NCBI GenBank assembly: GCA_002269645.1
Contig: NIVC01002445.1
Coordinates: 1 to 64,000, forward strand
Source: Macrostomum lignano
Taxonomy: Eukaryota
Length of the DNA stretch: 64,000 nt
Direction: 5' to 3'
Part shown: in pieces, positions 21,776 through 34,842 of the stretch
Layout of the letters: the number at the start of each line of letters is the position of its first letter
How positions within the stretch are numbered: position 1 is the first letter of the stretch
The notes under the pieces: generated by a model
Told to the model about the DNA's origin: nothing
Databases searched by the model: none
What the model saw: only the letters and a program-made list of their open reading frames with translations
Made by a program: the position numbers and the translations under genes

Positions 21776-22409
21776 TCAGTTAGTCGAGTGCCACTCAAAG
21801 AAACACGGCTCCAGGCAAAGCCCAGGCTGACCGTCACAGCCTTGGCTGAAGTAGACGGTCCGCTTTTTCAGTCTGCGCTGGTAAAAAAACTCGGCAACGC
21901 TTGGTAGGCCGTTCTTGTGCCGCGGTAGCGGGTAGCTTTTCCAGCCGGTGATGGATGTCGCTTGAAGAGCCCGACGCTTAACTCTGGATCGACCATTCCC
22001 ACTGCTTTCAATCAAGTGCTTTACACACCTTTCAGTGTAGTTGAGAAAGCTCATGGATCCACCTAGATGTCGGTACACAATCCAGGAGTTGCGAAACAGT
22101 TGCTGTAGCAGAAACACAGCCAGCTTTACGAACCATTTATGTGTTTGGCGACATGCGGATGTAAGGCTCGGCTGCATCCGATCCACACCTCTCATGTTCT
22201 GATTATATTGCAACACCGAGTTGGGCTTCAGCAGCTGCTGCTCCACACCACCGCGTAGTACCCGGCTAACTAAAGAGCTGGCAGCTGTTGAAGAGGAGTC
22301 CAACAGATAGACAGTCTTTGTTCCTGAGCTTCGCCTGTCAACCAGCTTCACAGCGAGGATATCACCATGTCGGGCAAAGGAATGACTCTGTGGTTGCAAG
22401 AGCATATCT
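21776..22409 (-). pseudogene. piggyBac transposase, C-terminal part
   Basis: KPNSVLQYNQNMRGVD, RQTHKWFVKL, Cys-rich tail ..CDGQPGLCLEPCF..WH. Joins in frame to 28421-28690 (GVSPILR|DMLLQ) across the CGCAG TSD. Confidence 0.9.
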
Positions 22410-22608
22410 CGCAGTGTTATGTATTGAAGAAGCCACACACGATGATTGTAGCGATGGTATGCGAGTCTGGCTCGTCTTAAATATGATCAGCTCTGATCTT
22501 TCTCGTTTTATTATCCCCAAGCTCATCGACTTGGATTGCTTCACGACCTGTAGCCATAGCTTTTCATTAGAGTCTATGGCTCGACATGGCTATTCGTACG
22601 TAGCAATA

Positions 22609-24036
22609 CACCATTTTACCCTCGATTTTGAACAAGGAGAACTTCGAAACTGACAAACTCCTCTTCAATATTGACACTCTATGGTCGGGCACTCAAAATC
22701 TACAATCAATATTGACAGATCAAGCTTCAATTTTGACAAACTCTGGTTCAATTTTGACAATGCACGTTTAGTCAACTTCTCCTGGGAGAATTCGGTTACA
22801 AAGTAATCAAATGAAAGCCTGAACGGGGCGAAAGTTATCTGTGCAAAATCAGCTGATTCTGACTTTTGGGATCTACAAGTTTTGATAAAAAAATTTTCTC
22901 CATCCTTTTACACACAGAGACTAAAATAGCCTGACTGGTTGGGCCGCAAAGTCCGATTCTATTTTGACAGAGTTGCTTCAAAACTGACACTCTATGGTTT
23001 GTGTGTAACGAGTCCGGTATATTTAATATTACTAGCGAAGAGAGAGCATTAGCAACGCATATCAATGGTTCAGCAGATACGTCTGTCAGTCCTGGACGAT
23101 TTACTATACTCGGAGCATAAGAAATCTTACTGTCTTAGTATGAATGCGTACACTGGTGATCGGCTCTGATTATAATTATTGTATCTCACGTACATGCTAG
23201 GTTGATCTACGTCCCAGGCTGCCACACGCTTACAGAAAAAGACTAGAACTTACATGTTAAAATTATGAGTCGCATTTCTAGGAAACGGAAACCAAATTAA
23301 CAAAATACGTAATATTAAACCCTAGAATAAATTACGCACGTAATCTAAACAGCTAAGGATTTGAATAAAGTTAAAATACACCATGTAAATAAACTAGATT
23401 TGAATTACAGAATTTCCAAACCGTTACATGTGTGCCCGAAAAGTCCGCTTCATTTTTGACAACTCCGAATCAATATTGAACAGTTTACAATCAATTTTGA
23501 CTTTTTGCCTAAGATTTTGACAATTCTAACTAAGAACCCTTAAGCTTGGAAATTTCGAGGCAGTCTTTTGTCTATGGAAGTTTGTTTTTTAGGAGTTTGT
23601 TTTTTTAGGAGTTGTCAAAAATGAAGCGGAGTTTTCGGGTACACAAACCATAGAGTGTCAGTTTTGAAGCAACTCTGTCAAAATAGAATCGGACTTTGCG
23701 GCCCAACCAGTCAGGCTATTTTAGTCTCTGTGTGTAAAAGGATGGAGAAATTTTTTTTATCAAAACTTGTAGATCCCAAAAGTCAGAATCAGCTGATTTT
23801 GCACAGATAACTTTCGCCCCGTTCAGGCTTTCATTTGATTACTTTGTAACCGAATTCTCCCAGGAGAAGTTGACTAAACGTGCATTGTCAAAATTGAACC
23901 AGAGTTTGTCAAAATTGAAGCTTGATCTGTCAATATTGATTGTAGATTTTGAGTGCCCGACCATAGAGTGTCAATATTGAAGAGGAGTTTGTCAGTTTCG
24001 AAGTTCTCCTTGTTCAAAATCGAGGGTAAAATGGTG
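22609..24036. mobile_element. Non-autonomous foldback/MITE-like DNA element inserted in the gypsy 3' LTR
   Basis: 396-bp near-perfect TIRs (22609-23004 and 23641-24036) starting CACCATTTT. TA TSD confirmed against the uninterrupted LTR. No ORF. Confidence 0.92.
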
Positions 24037-24143
24037 TAATAATAAATAAAACTCTGCCTTTATACTTAAGGCTAGTATGCAACACCTCCCTTCTTTTACA
24101 AAATGAACTTGCACACTCTAACAGTTCATATGTACTCGCAAGT

Positions 24144-27100
24144 TCACTCCTTGTAGTTGACGCGGGACTTCCCACACAGACGGCGACTTCTCCTGGGGCC
24201 CAACTCCTCAGGCGTCAGTTCCAGCCGACCAGGCGTCAGCAGCTGTTGATGCTGCTGTGAGGGCTGTGTTCCGGAGTCCTCGGGGGGTGGTGGTAGCGGC
24301 TGTAAGTCTTCAGAAATGACACAGGAGCTTCTGCTGACGTTCTGACTGCTGTCCGACGCTCGCGCCCCGGCGGCTTGGTCTGCGTCAGCCTCGGTGTTGA
24401 TCTCTGCTGCTTCACTATCGACTTGCATGGGACTATGCCTCTGGAGTTGATCTAGGTGGGCCTTCTTGTACAGATCGGGCCCCACCTTGATAGTGGCCAT
24501 GTTTGAACCCGTTGGGCAAACTAGTGAAGCTTCTTGAGCCCGTCGGTCGGCTTTGTAGATTAGATGCTCGCCGGGTACCCAGGTTGGCCTATTGGAGAGC
24601 AGTGGTGCTCGGATCTTTCTGCCGAACAGCAGTTCTGCGGGTGATGCTCTGCTCTTCCCACCAGATGCTCGATAGAACAACAGGTAGCGATCGATAACTG
24701 CTTGACTGAGTCCGTTTGCTTTGATGGCCTCCTTAATTGTCCGCACGAAACGTTCCGCCAAACCATTACTTTGAGGGTGGTACGCCGGCGTTGTGATCAA
24801 GTTGCCACCGACCTTTGTCAGCCATTGACGGGTCTCATCACTGACGAAGCTCGGGCCGTTGTCTGACACCAGCTGATTTGGTACCCCTAGTTGAGAGAAC
24901 GTTCGTCGCAGCCTACTCACAACTGTTGATGATAGCATGTCTTTCGTCAGGTGTACCTCCGGATAGCCCGAGTAAGCATCCACCAGTATCAGAAGATAAC
25001 TTCCTTCAATGGGTCCTGCGAAATCCATATGCACTCTCGTCCATGGTCCTTCCGGTTCGGGCCACGAGGTCCTGAAATTTCTGTTCTGAGGCTTGGCCAT
25101 TTTACAAACACTGCAGCTCCCGACCTGCAGTTCCACTATTTTGTCCATGCCTGGCCACCAGTAGCTCTCCCGAAGCAACGACTTGGTTCGTGCAATGCCG
25201 AGGTGCACACTGTGTGCTGCAGAGACCGCTCTACTCCTCAGCGTCACGGGGACAACCAGCTTGTTTCCTCGAATTACTAAGCCGTCCTGGGTAGAAAGTT
25301 CACCAGCTAAAGGTTTGTATGCTCTGACCTCATTTGTACGGAAACGTCCTGTCTGGATAGCGTCAACTAGTTTCGTTAGTTCTTGACACTTCCGGATGTG
25401 ACACCTTAACTCCTGTAGACTCAGCAGAGTTCCTTCGCAGACAGGGGCGTGTCCGACATGGTGAGTGGTCGCTGTGTTCGTCGGTTTAACCAATCTCGAT
25501 AGTGCGTCGGATTTCATCTCGGCCGATCTTCTGTACGTGATGGTGTAACTGTATCCAGAGAGCGTGATAGCCCACCTCTGAAGACGCGCCGACACACGCT
25601 CTGGTAGCTGGCTGTCGTGGTCGAAGATGAAGGTGAGTGGCCTGTGATCCGTCACCAGCGAAAACTCGCGTCCATTCGAAACCGGTGACAACGACGGACC
25701 GCCCACACGATAGCCAGAGCCTCTCGCTCGATCTGCGATTACTTCTTTTCTGCTGGTGACAGAACCTTGCTGACGAATATCATTGGCACGCCTTCTTGAC
25801 TAAGAACTGCTCCGATTGCAACTTGTGACGCATCACACTCAAGTTCAAGCTGCTTACTTGGGTCATGGGTCGCCAGCATGGTCTCTTCAGTCAGGGCCGC
25901 CTTGATCCTTTGGAAGGCGGATTCTTCTGCGTTAGTCCACACGAACTCGCTATCCTTCCGCCTCAGCCTTGATAAAGGCTCGATCAGTTCACCCAGATTT
26001 CTAATGAATCGACCGGAGAAGTTTATCATTCCTAGAAACGATTCCAGTTCGGCGATGCTTTTCGGAGCTGTCATCTCCCGGATGGCTCGAACTTTCTCCT
26101 CACTTGGCTTTATTACGCTAGATTCTAAGATGAAGCCGAGAAAGTGCACGCGGTTCTTCGCCAACTGGCATTTAGACTCGTTGATCTTGAGCTTGTAGCA
26201 TGCCAGCTGCTTTCTGACCGCCGACTCTCGTTGACTGAGCTCTTGCTTCGTTCGGCCGCCAATCAGGATATCGTCGACATACGCCACGGCCCCCGGGATG
26301 CCTAGAATCACCTCGGAGATAAACCGCTGGAAAATTGATGGCGCTGTTTTGATGCTGAAGACTAACCGATTGAAGCGAAAATTCCCGAACGGGGTGGCCA
26401 TCACTGTCAACACCTTTGATGTTTCATCCAGCTCTATTTGATGGTACGCCTTCTTCAGGTCCAAAATAGAGTAGAAATGACAACCGGTGACAGCTGAAAA
26501 AGCCTCCTCTGGGGTTGGCGATGGGTAACTGTTGTTCACAAGCTGAGGGTTTACTGTTTGCTTGTAGTCTACGCACAGTCGAATACCGCCATCTGACTTC
26601 TGGATGAGTACAATAGGAGACGCCCAGTTAGAGAACTTCACGGGTTCAATTATTCCGTCCCTCAGAAGCTCATCAAGTTCTGATCGAAGCTTGTCCTTTA
26701 AAGCAAACGGAACTGAGCGTGCTTTCATGTACCTCGGTGTGGCGTCATCGTTGAGCTGTAGATGCGCCTTGAACCTGGTCTGAGCGTCGATCTCGGGCAT
26801 CTCCTGTCCGGAATCCAGCACATGTGAGTGCCCAATCGATATTGCCTCCAGGTCAATGTGCACTACATCTCGCCCCAATAAGGCGAAGCTTCTGTTGGAT
26901 GCCACAACATGGAACGTGACTTGAATCGGACCACCGTTCCAGACAGCTTGTAGCTCGAGTTGGCCTAGAAGGTCGAACTTATGGTCGTCCGTGTAGCCAA
27001 TCAGTACAGCTTCACTGGGTTGCAGCCGCGGCTTACCCAAACTTCTCCACAAGCTGCTCGACATGACAGATACAGTGGCCCCCGGATCGAGTTGACACTG

Positions 27101-28156
27101 AATCTGCCTGCTTTTACCCTTGATGGAGCACGGCAGCTGGATGGTCAAACAGGATCCTCCTCTGGTTGAGAGGGTGTTCGCGATCGCCAGGACATCTGCC
27201 GTCAGCACGTCTTCAGTCGTCGCTACGTGGTGTTGACTTCCGACTTTGGATATGCACTGCTTTTCAAAATGGTTCGGCTTACCGCACTTGCGACAGGTTT
27301 TGCCGATGGCTGGACACTCTGATTTATTTTTGTGGTTGCCGCCGCATCTCGAACACCGGACACTACTAGGAGTAGGAGCGCTGGAAGCATTTGACTTCTT
27401 GTCGGTTAGCCTCTTTGGCTTCTGCGGTACTTGTTTTCCGACATTCATTACTTGCCCTGTCTGAACTGCCCCAGCCAACTGCATTAATTTCGTCTCTTTC
27501 AACGCTAGAATCGCCTCCGCTTCTGACACGACACGGCCGTCTTAAAAGTGAGTTCTTCGTGATCCTTATCTAGTAACTTGGCTATTATTACCTTGTCGTT
27601 TAAGCCGAAAATCAACTGATCTCGAAGTCGCTCCTCTCTGTTGGCAAACAGACACTTGTCAGATGCTTTTAGCAAGCGCTCTGCAAACGCTCTAACAGAT
27701 TCCGCCGATTCGCGCTTCAGACCCTCAGGCTTCAGGTTGCAAGATCTCCTTCAGTGTTTTTTGCAGTTCGTCGAACGTCTTCGAGCTTGGCGAATCAGGT
27801 GACAGATGGTCTGCTAGACTGTCATACAACGCCGGTGATAGCCTCATTAACAAAACTTGGGCCATGTCTTCGCTGGTCCATCTGTAAAATCAAGACGCGA
27901 TTAAGAAGCGATCAAGCCAACGTTGGAACAACCGGCCATCCTCCAACTTCTCGATGTCGGCCATATGAGTAGTCGAACGGTTGTGAAATCCATCGTTGAG
28001 CTGGTAGTTTCCAAACAGCTGCTGACTTTCTCTAACCGGTGACTTGGTAGGCGCCTTTGCTTTCGAAGCCTTAGAAGGTTCCTTAGTAACGGTCTTGGCA
28101 GCTCCCATTGCAGGCGACTTGATGGGCGACATGTGGGTACTAGTGTCCTTGCTCAT
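24144..28156 (-). pseudogene. Gypsy gag-pol (gag, Zn knuckles, protease, RT, RNase H, integrase) with stops and a frameshift
   Basis: CSRCGGNH..CRKCGKPNHFEKQC; LDPGATVS; RLCVDY, ILDLKKAYHQ, YVDDIL; CDAS; TDHRPL; H..HLG..WWPGM..C..C; DFAGP, SDNGP, AERFV. Confidence 0.95.
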
Positions 28157-28420
28157 TGTGTGCTTGCAACGCCACTGTTATGTCTTGAAGAAGCCACACA
28201 CGATGATTGTAGCGATGGTATGCGAGTCTGGCTCGTCTTAAATATGATCAGCTCTGATCTTTCTCGTTTTATTATCCCCAAGCTCATCGACTTGGATTGC
28301 TTCACGACCTGTAGCCATAGCTTTTCATTAGAGTCTATGGCTCGACATGGCTATTCGTACGTAGCAATAATAATAAATAAAACTCTGCTTTTACACTTAA
28401 GGCTAGTATGCAACACGCAG

Positions 28421-28690
28421 AATCGGTGAAACGCCTCGGTCTTTGCGAACGGTCCCAGTTAAGGTTGTTCCTCTGGTCAGTAGGAACTTGGCCAGTCGCA
28501 CTGATGAAAACCAACTGTCCCAAAAGACCCGATATCCAAGGTCCAGAATGTCGCGACAAAGTTCTACGACGACTCTCTCACTGATTGAGAGCTGCGGCAT
28601 ATTGTTGCCGAACTGTTCATTCGCAATGGTGGTTGAATGTATCAGACAGTTCCACATATAGCCTGTAGAAGACTCTGCAAGGCAGTACAT
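28421..28690 (-). pseudogene. piggyBac transposase, middle part
   Basis: MYCLAESSTGYMWN...VVELC..ILDLGYRVFWDSWFSSVRLAKFL...GTVRKDRG. Confidence 0.9.
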
Positions 28691-28754
28691 CCTTGCGGCC
28701 TTGCGGCTCTTTGCCTGTGTTCTACAGGAAGTCCCACTTTTTTAATTCCAGCCA

Positions 28755-30275
28755 ATGGCTTCTAACCGAAGTAACAAACCGGCTGTGGATGACACAGTGC
28801 CTCCGGCCTCGGCTGGGGCCGTGGACTCCTCGGCCATACCACCTGCTACCATCGGGGACGCCTCGGCGAGACCCGTGGAGCCAACTCTGAGCGGTGCCTC
28901 CGAGAAGACACCTGCTACTCCAGCTGCTAAGCAACGCAGCACGACCTCTGGAGCTGCCCGCCGTCGACTTAACAAGGCGAGGCGGGCCAAGGAGGGCGGA
29001 AGCCAAACCGGTGCCAGGGGCCAACGGCCCGCGGCAGCGGAAGCTTCCCAGTCTGGGGCGGTGGCGGAAGAGGGCCTCGAGCCCACGGAAGCCCCTGCCC
29101 AGGATAGGGAGGCCGATGCAGCCGGGAGGGTGGACAGCCCACCTGAAGAAAGCTCCACTGACCCCCGGGCCTCCTACGCTGATGCGGCAAAGAGGCAACC
29201 GGCGGTTGTCATCCTGGGAAAGGACGCGCGCCTGTCTCCCGATCAGCTGAAGCAGGTGAGAAGTGCCGTTGATGGCCTCCTGTGGAAGCAAACTCTGAAG
29301 GGCACGCCTCTGAACATTCATTCGAATGCGACGAGGGACTCGTGCCTTCTCATTTGGCCCAGTGATGCTGACTCGGGTCGGCGGCTCCTTGAGCTGCTGC
29401 CCGAGCAGAGCTGGGACCTCAACCTAGCCTTCTGCAGAGAGGACGAGCGCCCCCGGACCAAGAGGCATCGAATCTGGGTCCCGGCCAGGAGCGTTGTTAC
29501 CTCTGCTGACGAGCTCCGGAAAGGACTGCTAGCAGTCAACCGGGAGCTTCCCGCCGCGGGCCTAGTGGTGCATGACACCCTTAAGCGCACCGACGGCACT
29601 GGCTTCACAGCCATCCTGGGGCTGTCGGACGCCTGGATGAGGCGTTATCCACACGGCAGCTTCATCAACGTTGGCCTTTGGAAGCTGCGCATCCGCTCCT
29701 ACGAGGCCGACCCTCCCCGTGGCAGTGAGCAGGGCGGGCGGGATGCGGAGGCGGCCGGGGCCGAGGCGCAAGCCTCTGCTCAGACTGCCAAAGCAAACCG
29801 CCCTGCCCGGCAGCACGGCCGCGCGGGCAAAGCTGAGCGCGCTGCTGAGGGCGGAGGCGACCGACGCCCGGCGCGCAGCACCAAGCGGCGCGGCCTGTAC
29901 CAGCGTGCAGCTGAGGCAGTCCGTACCGCCAAAATCACCCAGCTGAGGCGAGAGGTCGCCGGGACGCCTAGGCGCACCAGTTCGTCCAGGGAGGGTGGGG
30001 ACGTCCCAGCTGGGCCCAACCCCTCGGGGCAGGGCCGACTGGAGACGGACCCGCCTGCCCAGGCGGCTGGCTGCTCCAGGGCATTGGGCCAATCTGAGGC
30101 GGAGGACCCCATGGATGGTGGGCAAAGGGCGGCGAACGCTGCCTACTGCCTTCCGGCCAATCGGGGGCCTTTTGCTGAAGAAGAGCCCATGGACACCGGC
30201 GACCCCGACCCGAAGCCGGTGAGCGCCGAGGAGGAGGAGGAACTCCTGGCGGCTGCAACATCCGATCTGCAATGA
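28755..30275 (+). CDS. LINE-B ORF1, 506 aa, intact (DUF4780-like core)
   Basis: Uninterrupted ORF with core LLIWPSDADSG..RIWVPARS..LLAVN..ILGLSDAW..INVGLWKL. Its stop overlaps the ORF2 ATG (ATGA). Confidence 0.85.
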   Translation: MASNRSNKPAVDDTVPPASAGAVDSSAIPPATIGDASARPVEPTLSGASEKTPATPAAKQRSTTSGAARRRLNKARRAKEGGSQTGARGQRPAAAEASQSGAVAEEGLEPTEAPAQDREADAAGRVDSPPEESSTDPRASYADAAKRQPAVVILGKDARLSPDQLKQVRSAVDGLLWKQTLKGTPLNIHSNATRDSCLLIWPSDADSGRRLLELLPEQSWDLNLAFCREDERPRTKRHRIWVPARSVVTSADELRKGLLAVNRELPAAGLVVHDTLKRTDGTGFTAILGLSDAWMRRYPHGSFINVGLWKLRIRSYEADPPRGSEQGGRDAEAAGAEAQASAQTAKANRPARQHGRAGKAERAAEGGGDRRPARSTKRRGLYQRAAEAVRTAKITQLRREVAGTPRRTSSSREGGDVPAGPNPSGQGRLETDPPAQAAGCSRALGQSEAEDPMDGGQRAANAAYCLPANRGPFAEEEPMDTGDPDPKPVSAEEEEELLAAATSDLQ

Positions 30276-33200
30276 TGCCAGCGACTACCTGGTGTCTGCA
30301 GATCAACACCCAGCACTGCGTGGCGGCGTCGGTCAACCTGATGCGCACGGCAGAGCAACAGCTTCCGGGCCTGGTCTTCGTACAGGAGCCCTGGATGACT
30401 AAAGGTAAGCCAAATAATGTGCCATCTGGCTACCACTGTTTTTGCATGGCGGGCTCTCAGCCTCGCCCAAGATCTCTGGTCTTTGCTGCAAAAGCTTTTG
30501 AGGCATGGATGAGACCTGATCTCTCGACTGGGGACATCTGTGTTGTTCAAATCAATAACCTCATTCCCAATAAACCTGTGCTGGTAGCTTCTGCCTATTT
30601 CCCGGGCGATGCCCCAGTTGTCTGCGACGCGTTAGTCAACCTTACTGACTATGCTGCGTCCCATCGGTTCGAGCTGCTCATTGCAGGGGATGTGAACGCA
30701 CACCACCTGCATTGGGGCAGCAAGAACATCAATAGCAGAGGCGAGGAGCTGCTGGCCTATGTCAGCAGCACTAACCTCAACTTCTGTAACGTGGGCAATG
30801 CACCAACGTTCAATAATGGGCGGTGGGCCGAAGTCATCGACACCACCATCGCCTCACCCGGACTGCTTTCCGCAGTTACGGGCTGGCGAGTGTGGGACGA
30901 GGACTCGCTCTCGGACCACCGCTTTATCCGCTTTTGCATTGGGCCGACCAAGCAAAAGCCTAAGGTCACTTGGAGTCGGAACGTCAGGAACACCGATTGG
31001 GCCGCCTTTGGCTCGAAGCTCTTGACCCCCCCAGTGACCTCTCTGACTGCCAGGTGGTGGACGATCTCGCCTCCTCCCTGGGCGGGGCGATCACCACTGC
31101 CTTTGAAGCAGCCTGCCCCCTAAAGGCCTATAAAGGCAAGAAATCTGCTCCCTGGTGGAACCCAGAGCTCGGGGCCCTTCGGCGCCGAGCCAGGACCCTC
31201 CAAAGGCGAGCGCTCAAAACCAAAGACCCATCTGACAGAGAGGCCTATACCCGTGCGATCCACGAGTTTAAGGGCCAAGTCAGAAGGGCCAAGACGGCCA
31301 AGTGGCGCCAATACTGCGAAGGGCTTGAGGGCTCTCGCCCCGTAGCCCGCGTGGTTAAGGCACTCACGAATGACCGTTTTTCTAAACTCTCTGTTGTGAA
31401 GAGACCTGACGGCTCGGTCACAGAGAGTTCGGAAGAGACTCTAGAGCTCATGCTCAACAGTTTTTTCCCTAAATCTCCGACTCAGCAGGGCCCGCCCGAC
31501 CACACAGTGGGAGGGCAAGGCCTAGCAAAGTCTATGATCACCAAAGACCGCATTATTAGAGCGGCAAGGTCCTTTAACCCGTTCAAGGCGCCTGGGCCCG
31601 ACGGCATCTACCCAGCGTTCTTGCACGAGGCGGTGAAAAACCACCGCTTCCTGGACCTGCTCTGTCGTCTCCTTCGAGCTTGTATGGAGCTGGGCTATGT
31701 ACCAGTTGCATGGAGAGAGGCCCGGGTGGTCTTTATCCCCAAGCCTGGAAAGAGCGACTACCAATCGGTGAAGGCCTTCAGGCCTATCAGCCTCACTTCT
31801 TTCTGCCTCAAGCTCCTCGAGAGACTGGTGCTTTGGCGCCTACTTTCGGTCGAGCTGAAGCGCTTCCCACTCTCGCAGAACCAGCACGCCTTCCGCGCGG
31901 GCAGGTCAACCGAGAGTGCTCTCCATGTCATTGTTGACTTCCTGGAGAGGGCCGTTCTTGGCAGCGGCTTTGCCCTCTCGCTTTTCCTGGACATTGAGGG
32001 GGCCTTCGACAACGTCATCTTCGAGGCCTTTTGCAGAGCCCTGGAATCCAGGGCCACGCACCCTCACCTTGTCCGGTGGATCATGTTCATGATCCGAAAC
32101 CGCACTGTTGTGGCCCACCTGAGCGGCAGCTCTCTTTCGGTGCCTGTCCTGAAAGGGGGCCCCCAGGGCGGCGTTCTCACCCCCGTTCTCTGGAACATGG
32201 TCATGGATGAGTTGCTTTGCAGTGATCTCCACGACCCCATTCTCAAGGTGGGCTATGCCGGTGATGTGACCGCGATATGCGCGGGCCCCTCGGTTGATAC
32301 CATCAGAGACCTTCTGCAGGGCTTTCTGGGACGAGCGGAGCGTTGGGCAGACCAATGTGGCCTTAGACTCTCAGAGTCGAAAACCACAGCAGTCATGTTT
32401 ACCAACAAACTGCTCTGGACCATTAAGCCCCTCACCCTCTATGGAAAGAATATTTCCATGGAGAAGCAGGTCCGCTGCCTGGGCCTCACTCTGGACCACA
32501 GGCTTAACTGGACTCCGCACATTCAAACTAAAGCCAAAAAAGCCCTGGCTGTACTGGCTCAGATCAGGCGCGCCGTGGGCACCACCTGGGGGCTCACCCC
32601 CAGGAAGCTGTGGTGGATTTACACTGCCATCATCCGCCCCTCGATCAGTTACGCCAGCCTTGTGTGGGCTAGCGGCCTGAGCGTCAAGAGCAACCTCGAC
32701 GCTCTCTACAAAATCCAGGGCAGAGCCTGCCGCATGACTATGGGCGCTCCACCCTCTACTCCTTTTGAAGGCATGAATGCCTTCCTCTGTGCCCCTCCTT
32801 TGGATATTTATATCAAAGGAGAGGCGGCGAAGAGCACCCGGCGTCTTCTGGATGCTGGGGTGGCCTTCAAGAAAGTGCGGGCCTTTAAGAAGCGGTCGCT
32901 TATCCCGCACTCTGACCTCTGCCTCAAGGCTCTCGAGGAGTGTGGCGGGCTCAACATCCTCACGGACTCGATCCCAGCCACCCTTCTCCTGAGCCAAAGG
33001 TATAAGGTCACCATTCAGCCTCGACACGAGGCGAGTGACAGCTGGAGCGACTCTGAAGTCCACTGTTACACTGACGGCTCTATGAGGCAAGGTCTTTCAG
33101 GCTTCGGAGCTTGCGTCTTCTTCAAAGGAGAAGTGGTGTGGAGCTACTCCCAGCACACTGGGCTCAACTCCAGTGTTTTTCAGAGCGAGGTGCTTGCCAT

Positions 33201-33957
33201 CAGCTCCTGCGCGGCAGAGCTGCGCCGAAGGCAGCTTAGCGGCCGGAAATTTATTTTTCACTCTGACAGCCAAGCAGCCCTTCGGGCCCTCTGCCGCAGC
33301 ACCGCCAGCTCCAGGTCCGTCCTGGACTGCAACACCCAGCTCAACGGGCTTGCGCTAGGCAACCAGGTGGAGCTCAGATGGATCCCGGGCCACGCCGGCT
33401 TCCTCGGCAACGAGCGCGCTGACCTGCTGGCCAAGGCTGGCTCCGCCGGCGCGCTGCTGGGGCCGGGCCCGGGTGCCCCCATCCCCGCCTCGGTGATCAA
33501 TTCCCGCGTTAAGCGCTGGGCTGACTCCGAGCATCTCCGCAGGTGGCACGACACCCGGAATTGTAGGCAATCCCGTGCTGCCGTCCCCTGTCCCTCTCCT
33601 CTCCTGCGTAGAGCCCTCCTCAGGCTCAACCGCAGAGACCTCAGAGCAGTTAGCATGGCCCTCTCCGGGCATGGCTGCTTCTCTCGCCACCGCTTCCTTC
33701 AGGGCCAAGTACCCGAGGAGCGGTGCCCCTTCTGCCGCTCAGGCAGTGAAAACGCCGAGCATTTTATCTGCCACTGCCCGGTTTTCACCAGGGCCAGGCT
33801 TACTCACCTCGGGCCAAACCCGGTTCTCTCCGACGTTTGCAGGCCCGAGAGCATCCCGCTGCTCGCCCGGTACCTCAGGGACACCGGACGAGCTGATTTC
33901 TTCCCCACCGTCGGTGAGGAGGACCGCGCTGCAGGCGAGACCGACGGGTCCCCCTGA
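30272..33957 (+). CDS. LINE-B ORF2: APE, RT, RNase H, CCHC; one -1 break near 31020-31035
   Basis: All APE, RT and RNase H motifs present, except that YADD reads YAGD. C-terminal CPFC..ENAEHFICHC. Confidence 0.92.
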
Positions 33958-34064
33958 GCGACACCACTTCAACGGAAGTCGTTGGTCGCCAGGGGCTAGC
34001 GGAATGGGCGGTCTCCTCCGCCTCCTCGCTGCATCCGCCGGACGCCCCCTGCAGCTAAGTCAAG

Positions 34065-34608
34065 AGCGGGGGAGCATCTTCTTGCTTTGAAAGTAGGAAT
34101 GGAAGTAGAACGGGTCCGTGGACCAGTAAGCCGCCAGCTCCAGTTTCTGTACAACTCCAGTAAACAGTATAACGCCGATCACCTTTTCATAATCTCCGTG
34201 TTCTTCTTGAAACTTGGCAATATCCAGCTGCACTCTCTTTTTTGTCCACATGCACATCTGAAGCAGAAAGTCATCGGGTAAAAATTTCTCGAAACTGACT
34301 GTCCAGCCGTCGTCAACATCAGCGGGTACAGAGAAACCCGAATTGACTCCGCTTGCCCCGAGAAACTCAGGAAGAGAATTAGCTCGAGCATCGGTCTCTG
34401 GAGTTACTGATCGCCAATCATCGTACATCATTCCCTGATCATCTTCCTCCGGTCCATCGTTGTCTGCTTGATTTTCGCCACCGTCCTCTTCCTCGCTCTC
34501 AGCAGTGACAAATGATTCATCGCTCCACTCATCGCTCGATTCGCTGTCGAGGCCCAAGTTTCGCAAGGCTTGCTTGGCTGTTTGCCGTCGCTGTCTGACC
34601 GCTTGCAT
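34065..34608 (-). pseudogene. piggyBac transposase, N-terminal part
   Basis: Acidic N-terminus, then F.G.SG, FEKFLPDDFL..M...T, VILFTGV..K....YWSTDP...YF...M.PR. Confidence 0.85.
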
Positions 34609-34715
34609 TGTAAGATTTGGTAAGCTGGGATGGTGAGCTAAGGAAGCACCAGTAAAAATTCTTGCAGTTGACTTTTCATGCCTGTATTTTCTCTCTCTTG
34701 ACTTTTTCTAGCTTG

Positions 34716-34842
34716 GCCATAGACAATCCTCCAGTCAAAGATGCCACTTTTCCTGTTGAGAAAGTGTTTTCTTGCTTGTGCATAATAGAGCAACTGTTTT
34801 GGAGTTCGATGTGTACAGCGCAGAATCAATATTGTCTATGGC
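34716..34842. mobile_element. 127-bp MITE-like element
   Basis: Perfect 12-bp inverted ends GCCATAGACAAT / ATTGTCTATGGC; no TSD visible. Confidence 0.45.

Larger units (their letters stand above)
22415..28415 (-). mobile_element. Ty3/gypsy LTR retrotransposon, complete structure but decayed ORFs
   Basis: 240-bp TG...CA LTRs at 28176-28415 and 22415-22608 plus 24039-24084, with at least 3 differences. 5-bp TSD CGCAG. PBS-like TGGCGTTGC next to 28175 and PPT AAAAGAAGGGAGG next to 24085. Confidence 0.95.
28700..34064 (+). mobile_element. Non-LTR retrotransposon, LOA-like clade (LINE-B), short or truncated 5'UTR
   Basis: ORF1 and ORF2 homologous to LINE-A, with the same CTGCAGCTAAGTCAAG 3' end. 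Sits inside the piggyBac with no recognisable TSD; left boundary approximate. Confidence 0.92.
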
